IMG/VR virus record: IMGVR_UViG_3300000517_000001
Reading direction: 5' to 3' (one strand)
DNA: 64,000 nt
Source: a virus
Taxonomy: Duplodnaviria; Heunggongvirae; Uroviricota; Caudoviricetes
The position numbers were made by a program, and so were the translations under genes. Below are positions 8,417-17,100 of this stretch, piece after piece. A model generated the notes under the pieces. The model ran no database searches and was not told the DNA's origin. It was given only the letters and a program-made list of their open reading frames with translations. Numbering within the stretch: the first letter of the stretch is position 1; every line of letters begins with the position of its first letter.

Positions 8417-9251
8417 GATACTTTGAAATTCTTTCTCTCCAATCGTCTTGATACTTTGGATTTACTAGACCAGATCTATAATCATTAAACATTTTATTTA
8501 TAACATATTCTGGATTGCTGGTTTCAAAAAAATGCTTATTTACGTGGGAAAAAGATCCAAAAAATTTAGACTGAAATGTATCAATAGGATCAATTTTTTT
8601 TCCTAAGCATAAAGAATGAAAAGCTGTTTCACTCCAATGAGTTGTATAAACAATGCTTGCATCTTTTATATATTCGTACACATCACTTTCTTTATTAGCT
8701 ACGTTTGCATGCTTATGTATACTTTTTTGAAAAAAATCTGTCATATCCCTATCAACAAGAGGATGAGGTTTAAATATTGCAAGTTTTCCATAAGTATTGT
8801 ATATATGCTTAAGTTTATTAAAGCACATATTATCTAGCTTATTGTTACCTATTAGTACCACTACGGCTTCTATGTTTTTAACATGTTTGCCTGCTGTTTT
8901 ATACTTATTAACATTTTCCTTTTGAAGATTGTTTGCATAGATATTAAAAAAATCGACTGAAAAATTGTCATCGCCATATATTAGTGCCTCTTCAACCTGA
9001 ATGTGAGATAAATCAGGTTGAAGAGGATGCATCATAAAAAAGTCACTGTAATTTGTATAGTTAACCGAGTCAAAATAAGGATGTTGAAATGCACTTAAAT
9101 CATATGAAGCATTTGTTGGATATTTTTTCATTTCCTCTAAAAAAAATTTTTCAACTTCTCGAAGGTGTTCATACCTTTTAAAATTTACTTTTTCAATATA
9201 ATCTCCAAATCTAATGTTGCGCTCTTCATCACTAAACATAGTATTGTTCAT
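8355..9251 (-). CDS. hypothetical protein, possible GT-B-like transferase
   Basis: 298 aa. KPHPL and YTTHWSETAFHSLCLGKKI loosely resemble the nucleotide-sugar-binding region of GT-B / capsule-synthesis transferases. Weak. Confidence 0.3.
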   Translation of the reverse strand: MNNTMFSDEERNIRFGDYIEKVNFKRYEHLREVEKFFLEEMKKYPTNASYDLSAFQHPYFDSVNYTNYSDFFMMHPLQPDLSHIQVEEALIYGDDNFSVDFFNIYANNLQKENVNKYKTAGKHVKNIEAVVVLIGNNKLDNMCFNKLKHIYNTYGKLAIFKPHPLVDRDMTDFFQKSIHKHANVANKESDVYEYIKDASIVYTTHWSETAFHSLCLGKKIDPIDTFQSKFFGSFSHVNKHFFETSNPEYVINKMFNDYRSGLVNPKYQDDWRERISKYLEYIHEKRKDYRYKYVQSNF

Positions 9252-9267
9252 AATTTATTATTTCTCC

Positions 9268-12200
9268 TTAGCCTTTAGATTTTAATTGTTCAATTTCAGA
9301 TTTTAATTCTTTAATAGCTTCAATAAGAAGAGGTATAAGCTTTTCATACTTAACTGTTAAATAATCCTCTTCAACATGCTCTTCATAGCTAATTGGCGCT
9401 TTTGTTACAATTTCTGGTAAAATTGCTTGAACCTCTTGTGCACTGACACCTACTTGAAGTTCATTTGTATAGCCAAGATTTTGAGCAGTTTCATTTGGAG
9501 TGTAGTAATATCCATTAAGTGAATTTACTTTATTTAATGCATTATTTATTGTACCTTTAAAATCTTTCAGTCTTGCATCAGAATAGAAAGCTGTGATATC
9601 ACCAGTTGCACGAATTTCACCACCTGTGGGAGCAGCCGTACCTACACCAAGACCAACTGTTTGGAATGTACCAGTTGTAACATCATTTGCATCTGCACGT
9701 ACAAATTGAGTGCTGTTAAGACCATCAAGCAATTCAGAATCAGCAGCTTTCGCCGAAATCCCAAGGAATCTTGTGTCCAGATCTACTGTTCCAATAGAAG
9801 TGATGTGACCAAATCCATCAACAGTAATATCTTCTACTACTACTCCATTTCCAGCCCCGCCGTAGGATCCGCTTAATGTAGACGTATCAGAGTGCGAAAC
9901 TGTAACAGTTTCATTAGATGCCTGATTAAGAGTAAATACACCACTTCCGGTTAATCCAGAACCAGTTGCAATTGTAATAGATGCATCATTTGGAGTAGGA
10001 AGGTTACCTGAGTGGAATAGAGTTCTTTGTACACCACTGTTGTCTTCTACTGACCAATCATTCGCAGTATCATCCCACATAAGTGTTCTGTATACATTTG
10101 AATTATCATCATAGAAATTGATAATGGAATCACCACCACCATTTTGTCCTACTTGAACCAATCCATTAACTGTAAGATTTCCGGTAATGGTATCACCAGA
10201 TGCATTAACATATCTCGAATCAGATTCACTTGTAGTATAGAAATCAAGAGCTCTTGTTGTTGCAGCTGTTACGTGTCCAAATCCATCATAAGAAAGACTG
10301 CTAATAACATTCTTTCCAGATGTTGAAGTATCTGTAATTGACGAAGTGTCAGCATGTGCTAAAGTAATTGTCTCATTCGATGTTTGGTTGGTTGTAAAAT
10401 TGCCACCAGTAACAAGACCACTTCCTGCACTAATAGTAATTGTAGCATTGCCGATAGTAGGTGGATTAGTAATGTCATTATAATTAATGTCGCCAGTTAA
10501 GGTCCCGGCGCTTACAGTTCCTGTTGTAGTAAATCCACCTGCAGTAATTGTTCCGTCAGCATTTACGTTACCTGTACCGAGAATTTGGAAAACAGAATCA
10601 CTACTGTTTGGTGTATCGGTTATATCAACGGATGTTCCGGTAGCATTTGCTCTAAATTCAGCAATAACATCAATTGATTCACCATCACCTGCAACAATTA
10701 GTGCAGGAGTATTGGTTCCGTCTTCAATGTTTTTAACAATCTTTGCAGCTGCGCTTCCTGCAGTGGTTGATTGTAGAATCGTCGTATTAGCAAAAGTTTT
10801 AAAACCGCTAATTGTTTGATTAGTTGTTTGTCTTACATAACGAGTATCAAGATTTGTTGAACCAAGAGCTGTTATATGACCATATGTGTCAAGAGTAATG
10901 TCTTGAATTACATTACCATTTGAATTATTAACACTTGCTTGAGTAGACGTATCGGCATGTGAAACTGTCGCTGTTGCCCCAACACCTGATCCAGAAACGC
11001 TAATTCCTGCTCCCGCCGCAACTGTTTCAACATAATCCCCAGTAGTATCTGTGCCAAGTATAATAGATCCACTATTAAGATTTGCATTAATAGTTATATT
11101 TTGTGATCCATCAAAGGTTGCAGAGCCAGTTAATGCTCCTCCAAGTGTAATCGATCTAGCAAACTGAAGTTTTGAAGCAGTAGAAGCATTACCAGAAAGA
11201 CTTCCAATAAATGAACTTGCTACAAGGCTTTGAGAACCAAGTGTCCAACGATCCGCCGTTTCATCCCAAAGGAAGCTTACATTAGTAGATGTTCCTCGTT
11301 CTATTTCAAATCCAGCATTTTGTGAAGGTGTACCTGTTTCATCAGAATTTAAAAGAAGAATATTGTCGCCAATATTTACTTCATTAGTGTTAATAGTTGT
11401 AGTTGTACCTTCGACGAGAAGATTGCCAGATACAACAACATCTTCACTTACTGTAACACTGTTGAAAGTAACATCTGATGTGGTTGCAACTGCTTGACCA
11501 ATAGAAATTGTAGGTGTAGCACCTTCACCACTATTATTCGTAATTGTAACGCCAGTACCTTGTACTAAACTTTGAACATAGGCACCAGTTGTATCAGTAC
11601 CGAGAACAACAGAGTTTGGTTGAATTGCTGTTAAAATAGAAATTGAACCATTGGCTAAATCTGTAAGTGTAGCACTCGAAGAACCAACTACATCACCACT
11701 AAGGGCAACACTTATAGTTGGATCAGGTTTATTGGCTACATTGGTCCAATCGAGAGTACCAATAAAGTTGCCGGCATACACATTATCCCATTGAGCAGCA
11801 CTACTACCAAGATCATAGGTAAGAGTTGCTTGTGGTAAAATATTAGAAATAACAGTGGCACCTGGCACAAGTTCGAACGTATCAGTAACCGAAAATACCT
11901 GAACATCAGATTCTGCAAGAGATAGCGTTACATTACTTGAAAAAGATGTATTTCCAAGAACAGTTAAATCACCTTGTACAACTAAATCAGATTGATTTAG
12001 TTGATCACCAACAACAGTTAAAGTGCTGTTAAGAGTTGCGTCTGAGTTTACAATAAGGTCATCAGCACTATTTACACCTATTGTAAATGTATCAATATTT
12101 GCAGTAAATGTGTTAGCGGTGAATGTAGAATTAGCACCCACAATAAGATCAGTTGTAGCTACGTTTGCATAAAGACCAGCAAATTTTGCATTACCATTTA

Positions 12201-13962
12201 CAGTAACTCTTCCGCTATGTGTTGTATTAGCAGAAACGTTAAGTGTATTTGTTGTAATACTTGTTCCAGTACCTGTTATATTTGTATTTGTAGAATTGAT
12301 TACAGTGTTTGTTGATGTAATGCTTACATTACCAATAGCTGTTAATGGTCCTGTAATACTAGTCGCACCAGTAATATCTGTTGCGGAGTTAATATCAACT
12401 GTTGCCCCATTAAATGTTGTATTTGATCCAACAGTCATAGAAGGACCAGTAATAGTCAAGGTACTATTAAGATCCACTGTAGATCCGGTAACACTGGTAT
12501 TAGCATTAACTACAAAGGAAGTACCATCAATTGTAGTACTTGCATTTACATCTAATAGTGAACCAGTTACAGATGCAGATCCAATAATATCTGTATTAGA
12601 TCCGGTGATTGTAGTATTAGCAGCAATTTCGAGTGTAGATCCGGTAACAGTTGTATTAGCTGCAACATCAAAATCAGTACCGGTAAACGATGCAGAACCA
12701 ACTACTGTAGTTATGCCATTAATATTTACATTAGATGCATTTACAGTTGTATTAGCATTAATTATTGCATTTGTGCCAGATGCTGTAACATCACCATTTA
12801 AGCCAATTGTAGAACCAATAATTGATGTATTGGCATTAACAGTAAGTGATGTGCCATCAACAGTTGTTGCATCTGAATTAATATCTAATAGTGAACCAGT
12901 TACAGATGCAGATCCAATAATATCAGTATTTGTTCCAGTAATTGTTGTATTACCAGTAAGAGCAATTGTAGATCCGTCAATTGTCGTATTTGCGTTAACA
13001 TCAAGATTTGTGCCGGTAACTACGGTTGTTCCTGTTACAGTAGTGTGACCCACAATGTTAACATTCGAACCAGTAATTGTCGTATTTGCATTAACATCTA
13101 CTGTTGTGCCGTTAACAGTTGTGTTTGCATTAATGGTAGAAGTTGTGCCACTAACAGTTGTATTACCAGCAACATCGATCGCAGTACTATTAACATCAAC
13201 AAAAGCAACATTTGCAATTGCTGTATTTGATATTAATGTAAGATCAGAAAGAGTGGCAACAACAGCATCCGAAGTTACATCAATAGCTGTAGAATTTACA
13301 GAAACGGTGTTTGAATTAATAGTAATGTCTTGAGCCGTATGGGTAAATGTTGTACCATTAAATGTCGCAGTAGTGTAATCTACATCTATTGCTGTTACGT
13401 TAGCTGTAAGTGCAGCTGCAGTGATTGTAGAATTAGCAGTAATATCAAGATCAGTTGTGTGGATGTTAAGAATAGCGCCATCAACTGTTGAATTAGAAGA
13501 TAGATTAAATGTATTTGCTGTAATATCAAATAATGCTGATGTTGTAGTAATATTACCAAATGTAGCTGCAAAGTTTTTAGTTGCCCCGCCATCCATTGTA
13601 ACGTTAGAGGAAATTACTACATTATTTGCGTCGACGTTAAGTAAATTAGTATTGGCTTGTACATCAATAAGATTAGACTGCTGAAATACGGTATTTGTTG
13701 TGACTACAAGATTTGCCGGTGTGCTTACCGTTCCGCCACGAAGTGCATCAGTTGCAACAAGAGTATTAGCAGAAGAAAAGCCTTCAACATGAGTATTTCC
13801 TGTTACTGCAGCACCATTTGTAGTATTTGGCTGTGCAACAGGCCCAGCTGTAAGAACAACGGTTCCCATGTCATAAACAAGTTGATTGGTTTTGTTAATC
13901 CAACCGCTAAAAGAATCTGTGGTAATTTCTACATTAGCACCAAGATATGTTGTTTTTGCCAT
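9268..13962 (-). CDS. long tail-fibre protein with C-terminal intramolecular-chaperone (S74-like) domain
   Basis: 1564 aa. Long beta-helix-like N.TTV.G(S/T) repeat run. C-terminus FYSDARLKDF...coiled coil matches the self-cleaving chaperone domain Ser/Lys motif (SD.RLK). Confidence 0.8.
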   Translation of the reverse strand: MAKTTYLGANVEITTDSFSGWINKTNQLVYDMGTVVLTAGPVAQPNTTNGAAVTGNTHVEGFSSANTLVATDALRGGTVSTPANLVVTTNTVFQQSNLIDVQANTNLLNVDANNVVISSNVTMDGGATKNFAATFGNITTTSALFDITANTFNLSSNSTVDGAILNIHTTDLDITANSTITAAALTANVTAIDVDYTTATFNGTTFTHTAQDITINSNTVSVNSTAIDVTSDAVVATLSDLTLISNTAIANVAFVDVNSTAIDVAGNTTVSGTTSTINANTTVNGTTVDVNANTTITGSNVNIVGHTTVTGTTVVTGTNLDVNANTTIDGSTIALTGNTTITGTNTDIIGSASVTGSLLDINSDATTVDGTSLTVNANTSIIGSTIGLNGDVTASGTNAIINANTTVNASNVNINGITTVVGSASFTGTDFDVAANTTVTGSTLEIAANTTITGSNTDIIGSASVTGSLLDVNASTTIDGTSFVVNANTSVTGSTVDLNSTLTITGPSMTVGSNTTFNGATVDINSATDITGATSITGPLTAIGNVSITSTNTVINSTNTNITGTGTSITTNTLNVSANTTHSGRVTVNGNAKFAGLYANVATTDLIVGANSTFTANTFTANIDTFTIGVNSADDLIVNSDATLNSTLTVVGDQLNQSDLVVQGDLTVLGNTSFSSNVTLSLAESDVQVFSVTDTFELVPGATVISNILPQATLTYDLGSSAAQWDNVYAGNFIGTLDWTNVANKPDPTISVALSGDVVGSSSATLTDLANGSISILTAIQPNSVVLGTDTTGAYVQSLVQGTGVTITNNSGEGATPTISIGQAVATTSDVTFNSVTVSEDVVVSGNLLVEGTTTTINTNEVNIGDNILLLNSDETGTPSQNAGFEIERGTSTNVSFLWDETADRWTLGSQSLVASSFIGSLSGNASTASKLQFARSITLGGALTGSATFDGSQNITINANLNSGSIILGTDTTGDYVETVAAGAGISVSGSGVGATATVSHADTSTQASVNNSNGNVIQDITLDTYGHITALGSTNLDTRYVRQTTNQTISGFKTFANTTILQSTTAGSAAAKIVKNIEDGTNTPALIVAGDGESIDVIAEFRANATGTSVDITDTPNSSDSVFQILGTGNVNADGTITAGGFTTTGTVSAGTLTGDINYNDITNPPTIGNATITISAGSGLVTGGNFTTNQTSNETITLAHADTSSITDTSTSGKNVISSLSYDGFGHVTAATTRALDFYTTSESDSRYVNASGDTITGNLTVNGLVQVGQNGGGDSIINFYDDNSNVYRTLMWDDTANDWSVEDNSGVQRTLFHSGNLPTPNDASITIATGSGLTGSGVFTLNQASNETVTVSHSDTSTLSGSYGGAGNGVVVEDITVDGFGHITSIGTVDLDTRFLGISAKAADSELLDGLNSTQFVRADANDVTTGTFQTVGLGVGTAAPTGGEIRATGDITAFYSDARLKDFKGTINNALNKVNSLNGYYYTPNETAQNLGYTNELQVGVSAQEVQAILPEIVTKAPISYEEHVEEDYLTVKYEKLIPLLIEAIKELKSEIEQLKSKG

Positions 13963-13970
13963 CTTTTCTT

Positions 13971-14174
13971 TTACCTATTCGTAAGTTCTTTTAAAAGAGA
14001 CTTAATCTCTTGCAAATCTTTTTTAATTTCATCGACTTCATTTTCTACCTTAGACAATCTATCTTGCCTATTTTTTTCCATTTTGCGTCTTTGTAAGGCT
14101 CCAATATTATTATTTATTAGAGCCTTACTGTTAATATCTCTTGCAAAATTTTTATCTTCAGTTTGTACTTTCAT
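13971..14174 (-). CDS. small coiled-coil protein (67 aa)
   Basis: Charged heptad-like sequence between structural genes, start/stop-coupled. Possibly fibre assembly/chaperone. Confidence 0.4.
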   Translation of the reverse strand: MKVQTEDKNFARDINSKALINNNIGALQRRKMEKNRQDRLSKVENEVDEIKKDLQEIKSLLKELTNR

Positions 14175-14175
14175 T

Positions 14176-17100
14176 TTATGTTAATGCTATAGATCTTATG
14201 TTTTTAATTCGCGGCACATTTTTATGACTTGTTGAAAGCATAACAATCTTAATAGCAAAAGACTTGTAATTATCGTATATTGTTCCATCTGGAGAAATGT
14301 ATCTAATTACATCATTGTTATCACTATTAAGTGCTGCTCCACCTCCTGCTACAAAATCACCACTTGGTTGTGAAGGAATATAAAATTCAAATTCCCTATA
14401 GTCAAATCTATCTGATTCGGTTGAAAACAAATTAGTTTCATTTTTTAGAAGCAATTCTGTCCATTCAATAGTATTGAAGTCACGAGGATCAACTAGATTT
14501 TTAAATCTAATGTATACTTTTATGTCAGTGGCCGGCGGTCTATATGCAGTCATATATAGACGAAGATCATCTGCATCAAACCCATCTCCTAAAATAATAC
14601 GCTTACTTATATATTTACTTTCTGCAGGACCATTTTCTGTCCCATCTAGCTCAGTTACCGAACCATCATCAACAATATTATTGATTTGATATCCATATGC
14701 CATAATTGAAGATATAGTATGATCAACAAATGGAGATGCATCTTTTGCAGTAAACGGTGAAGTGTTTTCAAGGTCAATATTAATGCTTAAAGATTTTCCT
14801 GACCCATCAACAATCTCATTAGATCTACTTTTAATAATAGTTGGATATTTTCTCAAGTAGTTGTTACTATTTGGAGACATATTAAAAGGTAATCCATCAG
14901 CATAAAGAGTTTCAGTATTTTCATCAATAAGTCTATCTGCTGAAATATTATAGTTTGTGTAATCAAATGAAGTCACATAGAAATTTGTTTGAATATAACT
15001 AACTTTAAAATTATCAACGCTAACTATATCTGCAGTTGCTCCACTAGATTCACCCATAAGCATGGTGTTAGCTTCAAAATAGTTTGCAGCAGTTATAGTT
15101 GTATTGGAAGTATCTAAATAGTTATACGTTCCAGATCTTGCGTTTGAGTTATCGATATATATTTGTGATGGTGTATTTCTATCATAATACGTTACAGTAC
15201 CAGATACTGTTTTAAAGAAAGTAGTATTTGTATTAGCATATTTAGGAGTTTCTTTTACAATAATTTCTGTATTAGAAACAACTTGATCAACTGTAAGTAC
15301 ATCAATAATAGTCGAATTAGCGTAATAAGCAAACTTATCATTGTTATTGAATACTGAAAGACCAGTACCGGTAATAGTTTTGCTATTAGTGCTAACTGAA
15401 ACATTTCCATCAACATTTGCATTAACGACAAACATTTCTTCACCAACAATAAAGTCACCAGAAATATTATCTAACGTAAAGAATTCAGTATTTTTATTAC
15501 TTAATTTCATTGCACCATTATCAGCAAATTCAGCTTTATAAAGCGTAAATTTAATATTTTCATCCTGATAAGGAGTCCAGGCACTATCATTTGTAGATGT
15601 AAATAATGTACCGTCATGCGCATCTTGTGTTACAGCTGTTCCACTAATAGTATCACTTTCGCCGGATCGTGCAATCCAAATTCTATAATCTGGATCATTT
15701 GCATCAGGTTTTACGACAAAACAATACTCCACTTCAGCTTTAAGAGTAACTGGAGCTTTAAACGTAAATGTAGTTGCAACTGAGCCATCGGCTGATACGT
15801 TTACTTCATTGGAATTTAAATGTACTTTCGAAAATGGTACAGTTCTACTAGTAGGGAATCCATTTTCTGTCTCACGAATCTCAAATGTGACACCTCGCGT
15901 CGGAGATTTTTGATTAAAATAGACATCAGCCTTTGTTAACATTACTACAGTATCATCAGTATGATTTAACTTAACAGTAAATGTTTGTGAAATAGGATCA
16001 TCACCGCCACCGCCGTCGCCAGGTTCGAACCGCGCCTGTTCTTGTATGCCAGATGTCCTAGTTGGGGCTGCCACATTCGGCACAGGTTGAACCGGTGGTG
16101 GTGGTGGAACTGGAACAGATTGTCTTACAGTATTAACAACAGTTCTCGTACTTGTATTTGTTCTACTAGAACTAGCAATATTAAATTCAGGTGTACGTGT
16201 AGTAACATTGATTCCACGTTTATCTACTTCAAAGTTAAATCCACGATATGTTATACTCGTAGAAGAAGAAAACGCTTCTTCTGATGTAAGATCATCTACA
16301 TCAATAATTTTTAAAACTCTATCACCAACATAAAATGTTTCTTCTGGAATTCTAAAAATTGCAAAAATATTACCACTTGCATCAGTTGTGATAGGAGTCC
16401 CATATGGACCAGACAATGTCATATCTACGATATTGCTATTCGTGAGTTCTCCTGGAGCAACAAATTCATTAATGTCTTGTTGGTCAAAGTAGAAATAATG
16501 ACGAGTATTTGGCTTTAGTCCTGCGGCAAATATTCTTATAGGTCTTGCACGTAAGAAAGGCTGAAATCTAAAGTCAGTAATAAAATTACCAACTTCTTGA
16601 CGTGTGCTATTGCCTTCCTCTACTATTAGCTCATCATTACGTATTGTTTGACTTGTTCTAGTTGTTTGTGAATTAGTCGTAACAATTTGATTGCCAACCC
16701 TTTGAGAAGTAGAGCTGGCTCCTATTGTAGATGTTCTTGTACTAACCACACGGCTTTGCACAAGAGGAACAAACTGTGAAAGTCTATTAGTAAATTCTGT
16801 AAATGGTGTTGTAAGATCTACATCTATATTTAATGCCGGCGCCTGATTTGTATCATATGCACCATCATACTCAGGAAATATTTGAGCTTCGCCATTAAAT
16901 TTATAAAAATCTGTAGTACAGCTTCTAAAGCTTGTGCTATAAACTTGATCAATAAATGGATCTTCAGCAATAATTTCTAAGGTTGCAGCCTCCCCATGAT
17001 TAGTCACATTAGACCAAGATTCTGTAGAATATGGTACCATATCTAAAGCATGAAGCTTAAATTTTGGCGTAATTTCTTTTACAACTGGATCGATGCCTGC

